DNA of 64,000 nucleotides, taken from positions 1 to 64,000 of IMG/VR virus record IMGVR_UViG_3300046832_001910; one strand, given 5' to 3'. The position numbers and the translations under genes were made by a program. The stretch comes from a virus. Within the stretch, counting starts at the first letter, position 1. Each line of letters begins with the position of its first letter. The notes beneath the pieces are model-generated. The model saw only the letters and a program-made list of their open reading frames with translations, did not search any database and was not told where the DNA came from. Positions 20,340 to 30,373 of the stretch are shown here, piece by piece.

Positions 20340-22058
20340 ATGTATTCAAATCATTTAATTAATGAGGCTGAAGTACAAAAGACGTGGGCACCTATCATTG
20401 AGGAGGCTACTGGTATCACTGAGAAGTCTAAGTTATCTTGGATGTCTAAGTATTGCCACTACCACAATCTTAATGAAAGTGTTTACAATACTGTACACCT
20501 CAATCCAAACATGAACGTTCAGTCAATGGGCGCTCCTACTTTCCCTGGAGATCCTACCACATTGAACGCATTCTATTCACAGGCCCCAGGTTCTGGTGAT
20601 AGACCATTCTCTTTGTTGCCACTTGCTATGCAGGTTGCTGCTCAGACTGTAGGTCTTGATCTTGTACCTGTAGTTCCAATGCAAGGTCCTATGGGAGTTC
20701 TTACTTACCTAGACTTCGTATATGGTGGTGGTCGTACATCTCAAGCAGGTGGAATTAACGGTAACTCTGCTCCGTTAATGATCAAAGTTCCTCTAACTGT
20801 TGCTACAGGTGGAGACTTAGCGGCAAATGACCTTATCTATGTTGGTACTGGTTCATTCGGTGCATACGAATTAACTTACGTTGGTAAGTCTCGTATCGAC
20901 GGATATCCAATCTTCCGCGTAAGAGGTAAAGGTACTGATGTTGCTCAAGGAACTGATCCTTATGCACAAGGTGAAGAAGGTTACCAACCAATCTACGTAT
21001 CAATTACTTCTAGTACTGATGGTTATTCTGATGATCCTTTATCAGTAATTCGCGTTAACTTTGACGGGGCTCCTGAATTAGTTAAAGCATTAGAAGACCA
21101 TATCGTTGGTTTCTCTGGTAATGCCTTTGCTGAAAACAACCCTGCATCTGGTACACCTACTTTTGGTGCAGAAGCAATCAATGGTGTTGATCCTTATCAA
21201 AGAGGAGATGGCGAATCTACGCCTGATAACATCATGGGTCTATCATTGTTCAACAAATCAGTTGCTGCTAAAACTTATCAAGTTGCTGCCGCTGTTACTC
21301 GTGAGCAAGTACAAGACCTTAAGCAATTCGGTATCGATGCAGTTGCTCAAGTAGAAGCTGTATTGGTTAATGAATTAACTCAATCTATTAACAAGTATAT
21401 CTTGGATAGAATCTTCAAGAATGGTGTAACTAACGCTTACCAAGTATCTCAAGTTGATGGTACTGTTCTTTCAGCTGCCTTCACTACAGGTGCTACTGGT
21501 TCTGTTGTTATTTCTCTTGGAACTGACAATACTGGCGTTAACCGCTCTGTAACTGTTACTTCAGTATCAGTTGGTGGTGGTGGCGAAACTCAAGGTACAT
21601 TGCAACGTAGAATCCTTACTAAGATTCTTGCTGCTTCTAACTTGATCGCTACTCGTGGCCGTAGAGGACCTGCTACTTTCGCTGTAACTGGCGGTAAGAT
21701 GGCATCTGCTCTTCAGGACATCGCTGGATTCGTTGCTTATCCTCTTTCAAATACTGTTAACCAAGCTGGTGGTTCTCTTTACCCAATCGGAGCTATCGCA
21801 GGTGTTACTGTATATGTAGATCCAAACAGAGACTTTAACGATGTTAAGATCGCTGTAGGTCGTAAAGGTGATGGTAACTCTCCTGGTTTAGTATTCATGC
21901 CTTACTTAATGGCTGAATCTGTTGAGACAATCGCAGAAGGAACTATGGCTCCTAAGATCGCGGTTAAATCTAGATTCGACTTAGTAGACGCTGGATTCCA
22001 CCCACAAACTATGTACTATGTATTGAACTTCAACTTCAACGGAGTTGATATCATCTAA
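20340..22058 (+). CDS. Major capsid protein (gp23)
   Basis: VVPMQGPMG, EQVQDLK and FMPY...PKIAVKSRF motifs; highly biased codon usage; ATG at 20340. Confidence 0.93.
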   Translation: MYSNHLINEAEVQKTWAPIIEEATGITEKSKLSWMSKYCHYHNLNESVYNTVHLNPNMNVQSMGAPTFPGDPTTLNAFYSQAPGSGDRPFSLLPLAMQVAAQTVGLDLVPVVPMQGPMGVLTYLDFVYGGGRTSQAGGINGNSAPLMIKVPLTVATGGDLAANDLIYVGTGSFGAYELTYVGKSRIDGYPIFRVRGKGTDVAQGTDPYAQGEEGYQPIYVSITSSTDGYSDDPLSVIRVNFDGAPELVKALEDHIVGFSGNAFAENNPASGTPTFGAEAINGVDPYQRGDGESTPDNIMGLSLFNKSVAAKTYQVAAAVTREQVQDLKQFGIDAVAQVEAVLVNELTQSINKYILDRIFKNGVTNAYQVSQVDGTVLSAAFTTGATGSVVISLGTDNTGVNRSVTVTSVSVGGGGETQGTLQRRILTKILAASNLIATRGRRGPATFAVTGGKMASALQDIAGFVAYPLSNTVNQAGGSLYPIGAIAGVTVYVDPNRDFNDVKIAVGRKGDGNSPGLVFMPYLMAESVETIAEGTMAPKIAVKSRFDLVDAGFHPQTMYYVLNFNFNGVDII

Positions 22059-22080
22059 TAAATAGTAATCATACTGTTTG

Positions 22081-22109
22081 AAAAGGTCCGCTTCGGCGGA
22101 CCTTTTTTT
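22081..22109 (+). terminator. Intrinsic terminator with cUUCGg loop
   Basis: AAAAGGTCCGC-TTCG-GCGGACCTTTTTTT. Confidence 0.92.
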
Positions 22110-22140
22110 GTCTTAAATATATAAAAAAACAAAATAAGAT

Positions 22141-22389
22141 ATGTCACAAGGAGTTTACCGTGCAGCTGTACTTTACAATTTTAGCAGAAATGAATATGTT
22201 CTAATAGATCCTCAAACAGGTGGAGGAGATCCTAGTCAAGTAACATGGACTTGGGTATCTAATCCTAACCTTGCTACTAAATGGGTTAATGTTTTAGAAT
22301 TACAATACTACTTAACCGATACACCTCTTGGAGATCCTACACAAAATACATATCCTTGGGAGGTTCAGTGGTTTTATTTTGCGACATAA
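22141..22389 (+). CDS. Hypothetical late protein, single copy of a domain repeated in the next gene
   Basis: YNFSRNEYV...WVSNPNLATKW resembles the repeats in 22442..23575. Confidence 0.6.
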   Translation: MSQGVYRAAVLYNFSRNEYVLIDPQTGGGDPSQVTWTWVSNPNLATKWVNVLELQYYLTDTPLGDPTQNTYPWEVQWFYFAT

Positions 22390-22441
22390 TTAAGTCTAAA
22401 AAAACTTAGCCATAAAGATATATAAAAATAAAAATTAGACT

Positions 22442-23575
22442 ATGGCAATTTCAAGATCATTTATCTTAAAAGGAAACGACGCAGGTCGATTCTTAATTGT
22501 TCAAACTGCTGGTGAACCTACAGCTGATACCAGCGATGATAGGACCGTTGCTACTAGATATCCAAACCTAGCAACATTTGACGGCCAGGTAGCATCTACC
22601 TATTGGTACCCTAATCAGTGGGGTGACGAAAGTAAAACTCTTCTAGATGCTGCATACGGATATGAAATCCGTGATAAATATTTTAGTGATGCTGCCGGCA
22701 CTCCTATACTAGGCGCAGTTAATTCACCTAATGTTGCCGCCGGCCGAAGAACTGGAAATAGCTATGATCGTTCACAGATTATATTTTCAGAAGATATGGG
22801 AGCATATATTTATGTTCCTAACACTGGAGATCCTGTAGGTTCATGGGATGTTTACATTACTTCTAACCCATATGAGGCAACTCGTTTTGATAACTTGGTA
22901 CCGGTACAAAACTGGTTAACTACTACAACATGGGGTAATGTTAACTATGGTTATCGTATTATTCAGTATGCTTTCACAAAAGGCCCAACCGTACCTCAAT
23001 TAATAGCGCCATCTGTGACTTTCACTTTTGATAAAACTATTGATAGGGCTTATGTATGCTTTAATGCTCAGCAAAGCCAATATCTTTATGTTGCAAATCC
23101 GCTGGATCCTATCCCTTCTATGACACTATCATATGTTAATAATCCATGGGAAGCTACTCGTTTTGACGATCTTACTGACTTTGCGGCTATTGTTAATGGT
23201 CGTCCAGATTTCTTTGGATCTGCATTTAGAGGCGGCTGGGAAAACTATCAATACTTCTTTACACAATCACAAAATGCACCAACACCTAATGAATTTGATA
23301 CCTTCTTTAATACGGATGAATGTGGATATATTGGTGGATCACCAGGAATCGGTTTCCTCATTAAATATGCTGAGAGATTCTGTTATTCATGGAAAGAGTT
23401 TTATTCCCAGATATGGTATAGAGTATTTGGTAATCCTTATGGCTATTTTGATAATCCTGACTGCTTCCGTAAATGGTTTGAAGTACAAGATCATACAGCA
23501 CTCGAGTCATGGCTTTATGAACTTTGGGGTGGATATTCATGTGGAGAGGGATCTCCAATTGAAGGAATTGTCTAA
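22442..23575 (+). CDS. Hypothetical late protein with internal domain repeats
   Basis: YPNLATFD, NPYEATRFD and NPWEATRFD repeats. Confidence 0.65.
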   Translation: MAISRSFILKGNDAGRFLIVQTAGEPTADTSDDRTVATRYPNLATFDGQVASTYWYPNQWGDESKTLLDAAYGYEIRDKYFSDAAGTPILGAVNSPNVAAGRRTGNSYDRSQIIFSEDMGAYIYVPNTGDPVGSWDVYITSNPYEATRFDNLVPVQNWLTTTTWGNVNYGYRIIQYAFTKGPTVPQLIAPSVTFTFDKTIDRAYVCFNAQQSQYLYVANPLDPIPSMTLSYVNNPWEATRFDDLTDFAAIVNGRPDFFGSAFRGGWENYQYFFTQSQNAPTPNEFDTFFNTDECGYIGGSPGIGFLIKYAERFCYSWKEFYSQIWYRVFGNPYGYFDNPDCFRKWFEVQDHTALESWLYELWGGYSCGEGSPIEGIV

Positions 23576-23594
23576 TCCAATAATTTACTTAACT

Positions 23595-23622
23595 AAAAGG
23601 TCTACTTCGGTAGACCTTTTTT
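23595..23622 (+). terminator. Intrinsic terminator with cUUCGg loop
   Basis: AAAAGGTCTAC-TTCG-GTAGACCTTTTTT. Confidence 0.92.
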
Positions 23623-23668
23623 GTCTTTAGTCTCTTGAATATATAAATTACTAAAAATAATATCCTAA

Positions 23669-24799
23669 ATGAAAGAATTAGTAAACTTTGAACATTTTAG
23701 AATTATAAAAGAAGCCGAGGTTAGACTAGAGGCTCACTTAGATTCTATAGTTGAGCAGGCAATTAATGAAGCCACTCCAAAACAGGCACAGACTAGAGCA
23801 GGTGCTCTTTTTCAGAATCCTGTAAAATTTATGAAGATTAAGAATAATGCCAAGAAGTATCAACAGGCATTAGTTCAGAAGGCTCTTAATAATGTAGACT
23901 ACGAAAAGAAAAAGCAAGCCGCTGGTGGAGAAGTAGATAAAGATAAAATGGAGGTTCTTAAACAGGCAAATGCTGCAAAGAACCAGGCACTCACCGATAA
24001 AGCTTCTGCTATTTCTGACCGTATGACTACGCTTGCAACTAGCCCAGGTCTTCAGGCTGTTAAATCTCTTGCAATTTCAAAGGCTAAAGTTGCTGCAGCT
24101 GAAACTGCTCTTAAAGCCGCTGATGCTGAAGAGACTAAGCAACTTAAGATCCAGATAAAGAAACTTAATGCTCAAGCTGCAAAAGCCGAAGCAGATATTA
24201 AGGATTATGAAAAACAAGAGGAGCCTAAAGCAGAAACACCAGCAGAAACACCTCAGCAACAGGATGAACCTAAAGTAAAGGCAGAACCTGCCACTGAAAC
24301 AGACACCAAAGCATTGGAAGATGCTAAGGCAGCAATTTCTGCAGCTAAAGCTAATTATGATCAGGTTAAAGACGGTGATGATGAAGGTGCAAAAATTGAC
24401 GCCAAGATTAAGTTTAAGCAGGCACAACAGAAAAAAGCTAAGCTTGAAGGTAATGATGAACTTTATCAAGGTCTAGGTGATGATATTGGCGAATTAATGA
24501 CCCAGAAGCAGAAACTTAGTAAAGAACCTACCGAAACTAAAACTGAAGCTACACCTGATCCTCTTGATAAAGAAATAGCAGATCAGGAAGATAAGATAGC
24601 TGCAATTAAGAATACGGCAAAAGATAAAAACAGTCCTCTTGCAAACCCTGAGGTTTTAGCAAAAGCTCTTGAACCAGAAGAAAATAAATTAAAAGAACTT
24701 AAAGATAAAAAGTCTGGTAAAAAAGAAGAATCTGCTGGTTATATCGGAGAATCATTTACTGATAAGTTTAGACGACTAATGAAAGACGTTAATGTATAA
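23669..24799 (+). CDS. Ala/Lys/Glu-rich coiled-coil protein, candidate internal head protein
   Basis: N-terminal MKELVNFEHF..IKE and AINE motifs; late-type motif upstream. Confidence 0.55.
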   Translation: MKELVNFEHFRIIKEAEVRLEAHLDSIVEQAINEATPKQAQTRAGALFQNPVKFMKIKNNAKKYQQALVQKALNNVDYEKKKQAAGGEVDKDKMEVLKQANAAKNQALTDKASAISDRMTTLATSPGLQAVKSLAISKAKVAAAETALKAADAEETKQLKIQIKKLNAQAAKAEADIKDYEKQEEPKAETPAETPQQQDEPKVKAEPATETDTKALEDAKAAISAAKANYDQVKDGDDEGAKIDAKIKFKQAQQKKAKLEGNDELYQGLGDDIGELMTQKQKLSKEPTETKTEATPDPLDKEIADQEDKIAAIKNTAKDKNSPLANPEVLAKALEPEENKLKELKDKKSGKKEESAGYIGESFTDKFRRLMKDVNV

Positions 24800-25283
24800 A
24801 GTTCGTAAGATAAACTTTGGATGGTATAGAAGGCGGCATGGTATTCTTTTAGAAAATCTGCCGCCTTCAAAGCAAAGATTCATGGTAGAGAATGATTACC
24901 TAAAATGGTTAGATGCAGATACTCAAGCATTTGAGATCATATTTAAGGTAGAGGATATGAATGATCATGAAAAGAATCCTAACAAGATTCTTTGGAATCC
25001 TTTTCGTGAAACTTTTACCACAATTAAAGAAGTTGAATCTGACTCAAATGTTATGGATTGGAATTGCGCAATCTGTGACGTGGAGATTAAGTCAAGAATG
25101 GATTCAAAAAAGATAGAAAACTTTGTTTGTAAAAGATGTTCTGAGGCTCATAACTCACGGAATAAAAGGGTTGATCAAAGAGTAATAGATTCCTCTGTTA
25201 AATTTACTAAACACTGTAAATCTCTTCTAAAAGGTGAACAAAGGGAGTTTATAAACTATATTAAGAGATCATTTAAGGGATAG
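24792..25283 (+). CDS. Hypothetical zinc-finger protein
   Basis: CAIC...CKRC. Confidence 0.6.
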   Translation: MYKVRKINFGWYRRRHGILLENLPPSKQRFMVENDYLKWLDADTQAFEIIFKVEDMNDHEKNPNKILWNPFRETFTTIKEVESDSNVMDWNCAICDVEIKSRMDSKKIENFVCKRCSEAHNSRNKRVDQRVIDSSVKFTKHCKSLLKGEQREFINYIKRSFKG

Positions 25284-26078
25284 AGCTTTATCTAAAGTAA
25301 TCCTCGGCCAAACGGTTAGCAAACTTTTAGGAGAAGCATTATAAACCTCAACACCCTTTTGTTTAAGAAGATCTGCAATAACTCTAAACCCTGGTATAAA
25401 CTGGTCTCTATAAATATTATCACCAGTAACAGGAACTGGATATCCATTATGATGATGGCTTACCTTTCCATCATTACCCATATCATATCCTAACAATACA
25501 ATTCTTTTTGCGCCTAAATGATATGCTAGGTTGATAGCAGCATATCCGCTGTTATTTCCATGTGCAAGAGTATCCTTTGATTCCTCAAGACCAAATTTAT
25601 TTCCTCTTTTAAGAATCTTAATATCACCTACGTATGATGGATGATCTCTTATTGTAAATTTTAGACCTTTGAAATCATCTATCTCTTTTTTCATCCATGA
25701 GTAAACTCGGGAATCTGTCCAATAGAGAACCTGTGCACTAGGATACGATACCAAAGATTTGTTAATTGCTATAACCTTTTTACCATGTAATGAAGTCCAG
25801 TTAAAATCTCTAAGAGAAGGCCCACCACCAATAATAAAAACCGTTTCCCCTGACCACATTTGATCAACCTTACCAACTGCTCTTCTTGTAGGTTGACCTA
25901 CCGCATTCATGGTTAAGTTTCTTTTTTGTACAACTGGTATGTTGTCCGGGCTTACGATTATTCTACCTAACTTTTCATCAGATGAACCTTTCTTTACAAC
26001 GGTTGGTGGCATGCCGCGGTTTTCTTTAATGATAGGTACTCTTCTGTCATTACCTAGTATTTTCCTTACTCTTCTCAT
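25269..26078 (-). CDS. MAF/MptE-like (sialyltransferase-like Rossmann) protein
   Basis: IIGGGPSL and NSGYAAINLAYHLGAKRIVLLGYDM motifs; only credible minus-strand gene in the window. Confidence 0.7.
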   Translation of the reverse strand: MRRVRKILGNDRRVPIIKENRGMPPTVVKKGSSDEKLGRIIVSPDNIPVVQKRNLTMNAVGQPTRRAVGKVDQMWSGETVFIIGGGPSLRDFNWTSLHGKKVIAINKSLVSYPSAQVLYWTDSRVYSWMKKEIDDFKGLKFTIRDHPSYVGDIKILKRGNKFGLEESKDTLAHGNNSGYAAINLAYHLGAKRIVLLGYDMGNDGKVSHHHNGYPVPVTGDNIYRDQFIPGFRVIADLLKQKGVEVYNASPKSLLTVWPRITLDKALSLK

Positions 26079-26158
26079 GTAGGTCTTATATGATTTTTTT
26101 ATTTATCCTTGGTAAAACTATCACACGAGTTTGCATATAAAAATAAACTATATCTTAT

Positions 26159-27121
26159 ATGAGGAATGTACAAAATATTCTTTTAACTGAAAAGTATCGG
26201 CCACAGAGTTTAGATGATCTTATTACACCTAAAAGAGTAGGTGATAAGTTATCAAAGGGAGTTTATCAGCATCTTCTTTTACATGGTAGTCCTGGTACTG
26301 GAAAAACCTCTGCAGCCAAAGCATTGGTTAAACATTTCAAACATCCATATCTTTACATTAATGCATCAACTGATACATCTGTAGATATTGTTAGAAATCG
26401 TATTACTGACTTCTGTGCTAATCGTTCAATTATGGACGAGCCTGGAAAACTTAAGGTAATTATTCTTGATGAGATTGACGGAGTATCTGATCAATTCTTT
26501 AAAGCTCTTCGTGCTACTATGGATCAATTTGCATCTAATGCAAGATTCATTGCAACTTGTAATTACATTAATAAAGTACCTGATCCAATTCAGTCAAGAT
26601 TTGAAATGATTGATTTTGATTTTACTAAGGAAGAAGAAACAGAAATCATGAAGGGTTACATTATGAGAATTCTTCAAATCTGTAAAGAAGAAGGAATTGG
26701 TATTGATAAGCATGCAGCGGTTGAATTAGTAAAAAGAAAATTTCCGGATCTTCGTAATATGCTTAACCAATTACAAGGCTTTAAGTCTCAAGGTAAAGAA
26801 GTAATTACGGTTGAAGATATTAAGAAGTTTAGTTCTGTTTACAAGGATGTATATGATCTTATCATAGATAACACCGATCCTGTAAAAAACTATCAGTATA
26901 TGTTATCCAATTATGCAAATAGAGTAGATGATGTCTTATCTTCTTTAGGTGCAGAATTTATTGAATACATACAACAAGAAAGGACTTCATACATACAATT
27001 TATACCACAAGTAATTGTGACGGTATCAAAATATCAATCACAAAGACAGTTAGTTATTGATCCTGCGGTTTCTATGCTCGCATGTATCTATGAACTGCAG
27101 TCAATATTAAATGGCGCATAA
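26159..27121 (+). CDS. Clamp loader large subunit (gp44/RFC)
   Basis: EKYRP, GSPGTGKT, ILDEID and SRF motifs. Confidence 0.93.
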   Translation: MRNVQNILLTEKYRPQSLDDLITPKRVGDKLSKGVYQHLLLHGSPGTGKTSAAKALVKHFKHPYLYINASTDTSVDIVRNRITDFCANRSIMDEPGKLKVIILDEIDGVSDQFFKALRATMDQFASNARFIATCNYINKVPDPIQSRFEMIDFDFTKEEETEIMKGYIMRILQICKEEGIGIDKHAAVELVKRKFPDLRNMLNQLQGFKSQGKEVITVEDIKKFSSVYKDVYDLIIDNTDPVKNYQYMLSNYANRVDDVLSSLGAEFIEYIQQERTSYIQFIPQVIVTVSKYQSQRQLVIDPAVSMLACIYELQSILNGA

Positions 27122-27122
27122 T

Positions 27123-27287
27123 ATGTCTGATAACTTATTAAATGAACTAATTAAGAGATATCCTAATCATTTTGCATTAGGTGAAGCAGTTAAAAGGTTT
27201 TGGGAATTTAAGAGAGAAAGATCCGATAAATCTCTAGACGAGATTGAAAAAGAATTTCTTATCATAAACTTTCAGTTTAATCCTTAA
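27123..27287 (+). CDS. Small hypothetical protein (54 aa, not in ORF track)
   Basis: MSDNLLNELIKRYPNHFALGEAVKRFW... fills the gap after gp44. Confidence 0.55.
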   Translation: MSDNLLNELIKRYPNHFALGEAVKRFWEFKRERSDKSLDEIEKEFLIINFQFNP

Positions 27288-27319
27288 CCTGTTATTATTT
27301 TATAAATTATAAAACATAG

Positions 27320-28534
27320 ATGAAAAAGACAGGTAGACACACATTCGTTGTGGACGGAAATTATTTTCTGTTCAGAACATTATATGTCTTGCCTCGTCAG
27401 GGTAAGTCTAAAGAATTACTAGGTTCAGCCGAAGAAGCACAATCTTTTATGGTAAAGCTCGCAACTGACTTTGCATACCAGGTTAGGTTATTTGAAGGAC
27501 TTATTGATAAAATTGTATGGACAGTAGATTCACGTTCATGGCGTAAAGACTTTTATCCTGAGGCAGACTATAAAGGAAATCGTAAACAAGATTCCACTAT
27601 TAACTGGGAAAACTTTTCTAAAGTATCCGAAGACTTTATTTCATTCCTGGTTCGCCAGGGTGTAATCGTATCCAAAATTGATGGTGCCGAAGGTGATGAC
27701 CTAATGTATGCATGGAATACAGAATCATTGGCAAATAACAAATCAGTAATTATGTTTACTGGTGATAGGGATCTTGTTCAATTGGTTAACACTAATGGAA
27801 ATACTCATACTATTCTATTTTCACCGGCTCACAAAAAATTGTATACATATCAAGGATTCTCTGAATGGATGAATACTGAAACCGATGAATCATCTACTGA
27901 CATCTTTGATTTAATGAAGGTTTCAGTTTCACCAGAAAATCAATCTAAGAAACTATTACAAATTCTTGTTAAAAAGAAAAAGGTTGATATCATCGAGGTT
28001 GATCCAGAAGAGTTTAGATTTAGAAAGGTTTTAACTGGTGATGCCGGTGATAATGTTACTCCTGCATACTGGTATGTATTAAAGGATCGTAGGTATGGTA
28101 TCAGTGAAAAGAAGGCAGAAGAAATCGTATCTGAATTCAAACAAAAACATGGTACCCTTTCTCATATGTATCTCTATAATGAAGAGTTCATTACCGATTT
28201 GGCAAACATCACTATTAGGGTTATGAAGGCTAAACATATGACCCGCGAACAGATCATATCCAATATAAAGTCTAATGTAAACCTAATGGTTCTTTCTTCG
28301 GAATCAATCCCAGAAGGTATCCTAGACGAAATGTTTCGCTCTATAGAGACAAAGATTAATCTGAATGTTCTTAATATAAATGGTGTTTCCTCAATGAAAG
28401 CTATTTTGGAAAATACTTCTTATAAGGCAGAAGATACTTCAATCGCAGTCTCATCCAAGATATTTAAGGATGATGAAGAGGACGGCGATTTTTCATTCAT
28501 TACCGACCGTAAACAAAAAGGAAAGATATTTTAA
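27320..28534 (+). CDS. rnh: 5'-3' exonuclease / T4 RNase H-like
   Basis: VDGN, YKGNRK, EGDD, TGDRD and GDAGDNV motifs. Confidence 0.88.
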   Translation: MKKTGRHTFVVDGNYFLFRTLYVLPRQGKSKELLGSAEEAQSFMVKLATDFAYQVRLFEGLIDKIVWTVDSRSWRKDFYPEADYKGNRKQDSTINWENFSKVSEDFISFLVRQGVIVSKIDGAEGDDLMYAWNTESLANNKSVIMFTGDRDLVQLVNTNGNTHTILFSPAHKKLYTYQGFSEWMNTETDESSTDIFDLMKVSVSPENQSKKLLQILVKKKKVDIIEVDPEEFRFRKVLTGDAGDNVTPAYWYVLKDRRYGISEKKAEEIVSEFKQKHGTLSHMYLYNEEFITDLANITIRVMKAKHMTREQIISNIKSNVNLMVLSSESIPEGILDEMFRSIETKINLNVLNINGVSSMKAILENTSYKAEDTSIAVSSKIFKDDEEDGDFSFITDRKQKGKIF

Positions 28535-28537
28535 GTT

Positions 28538-28828
28538 ATGACACCTAAACTGGAAAAGAGAATAGACGATGCTATGATGGAATGTTATCGTCGCTTGTTT
28601 GCTCAATCAACTCCTACTGGAGATTTTGATAAAATGTTTGAAGAAGCAGAGATAAATGAATTTCATCAAAAAGTAATTCCATTCATGGACTATGAATTGG
28701 AAGAGAGTAAATGGGAGCCTATTTTTCTGGATATCATTAAAGAATTTAAGATTCCTAAAAGATATGATGGTATGTTTAGAAGAAGTATTTTATTAGGATG
28801 TTCTCCTAAAACAAAAATGGGTTGCTAA
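28538..28828 (+). CDS. Hypothetical protein
   Basis: 96 aa ORF. Confidence 0.55.
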   Translation: MTPKLEKRIDDAMMECYRRLFAQSTPTGDFDKMFEEAEINEFHQKVIPFMDYELEESKWEPIFLDIIKEFKIPKRYDGMFRRSILLGCSPKTKMGC

Positions 28829-28848
28829 CCTATAATAAAAAATAGGAT

Positions 28849-29265
28849 ATGCAATTATTTGACTATATAAAAGTTTTATTTGGTAAGGATGCTCAATGGG
28901 ATAAAGTTTCTAGTTATGATAAGTCTAGAAATTCCTTTATGACAAATCGTTTTATGAGTATTAAATTTCCTATTCAGGCAAATCTATTTAATACTCTTAA
29001 AATTGATCCAGTAGGTCAAGCAGAAGCATGGAGAATGGTTGCTTCAAAATTTAATAAAGTGCCAGGTTTCATTTATACTAAAGTAAAGAAACAAGAAAAA
29101 GAAAAACAGTGGACACCAGATCCTAAGGCTGTTGAACTTTATATGAAATTTAATGAAATAGGTCATAGAGAGTTTAAAGAATGCTTAAAATATAACCCAT
29201 CAGAAGTCCGAACCGCGATAGATATATTAGAAAAACAGATGGGAAATGATGTTAATCGACAATAA
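28849..29265 (+). CDS. Clamp loader small subunit (gp62-like)
   Basis: LFDYIK...FMTNRFMS pattern and size. Confidence 0.55.
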   Translation: MQLFDYIKVLFGKDAQWDKVSSYDKSRNSFMTNRFMSIKFPIQANLFNTLKIDPVGQAEAWRMVASKFNKVPGFIYTKVKKQEKEKQWTPDPKAVELYMKFNEIGHREFKECLKYNPSEVRTAIDILEKQMGNDVNRQ

Positions 29266-29917
29266 ATTTGAGTTAGGTATTCCTACGCACATTTACTTCA
29301 CACTTTATAAGTTTGATCACATTGATAGTATTATCATATCAAGGGTAATAAAGGAGTGTAAAAACTGGAATACTTCTGATGATGAAAATCTATTCACTAT
29401 TGATGTGGATTCTTTTGTGTCTGCAATCAAAGGAAATAAAAGATTAGAAAAAGAAATCACAAAAGCTGAAGCAGATGGCCTTTCATCTATACCTGGACAT
29501 AAACCAAATTCAGTTACATTTCTTTGGTCAATTATTGACAGACTTGAAAACTTAGAGTGGTTAACCTTTTCAGTTTCTTATGATAAGAAATTTAGTAGAG
29601 TTGTTAAGGTTAACAATAAAGAAATTATGAGCTTCTATTTTAAGATAGAAGAAGGCATTTTTGACTTAACTCAAGTATTTGGTAGAAGCCAATTAGATAT
29701 CATTAATAAAAAGATAATTGAGTATAAGATTATGCCAAATAAGTATCTGGAAAGATCTGGGTATTTTTACATGCAAGCTTCTTTATTATTTGAGATATTA
29801 GGCCAACTTGAAATTGATGGCACCCTTAGTACATTTGATCTTCTTGATCATATTGATCAAAAATTGGAAGAAGATGATCCTGTTCTTTTAGTGAAGACAG
29901 ACTATACTCCTTATTAA
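29246..29917 (+). CDS. Hypothetical protein
   Basis: 223 aa ORF overlapping the previous gene. Confidence 0.55.
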   Translation: MMLIDNKFELGIPTHIYFTLYKFDHIDSIIISRVIKECKNWNTSDDENLFTIDVDSFVSAIKGNKRLEKEITKAEADGLSSIPGHKPNSVTFLWSIIDRLENLEWLTFSVSYDKKFSRVVKVNNKEIMSFYFKIEEGIFDLTQVFGRSQLDIINKKIIEYKIMPNKYLERSGYFYMQASLLFEILGQLEIDGTLSTFDLLDHIDQKLEEDDPVLLVKTDYTPY

Positions 29918-29941
29918 GGAATATATAAACAAAAAGGTCTT

Positions 29942-30370
29942 ATGAAAAGTTTTTTAAGGAGATGTTGCGAGTCTAAGCGCGAATGTGTAACATATTTAAT
30001 CGTATTTTTATGGTTAGCGGTTGGAGTTACTGCAACATATTTTGAAACTGATTTTACAGCGTTAGCTGCATATTTTGTTTCCCTAACAGGTTTCGTTGCT
30101 TCATATATTTTTGGTGAAAGTGTTCGTAAAAGTAAAAATTCATCAATATTTTTACCAGGTCCTAACAGTAGAAGAGAAGTTATGATGTATGTTACAATAG
30201 CTCTCTGGTTAACAGTAGGAGTTTGGGTAATTGTACAGAAAGCTGATCTTATTGGTGTAAGTGCATATTTTGCTGCTTTAACCCCATTTGTAGGTTCATA
30301 TATTTTAGGTGAAACATTTAAGAAAGAAGTAACTATTATCGAAGACGATATAGAACAAATAAATTCATAA
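29942..30370 (+). CDS. Four-TM membrane protein with an internal duplication (holin candidate)
   Basis: Two copies of RE...WL.VGV...D...AYF..LT.FV.SYI.GE; late-type motif upstream. Confidence 0.55.
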   Translation: MKSFLRRCCESKRECVTYLIVFLWLAVGVTATYFETDFTALAAYFVSLTGFVASYIFGESVRKSKNSSIFLPGPNSRREVMMYVTIALWLTVGVWVIVQKADLIGVSAYFAALTPFVGSYILGETFKKEVTIIEDDIEQINS

Positions 30371-30373
30371 TAA

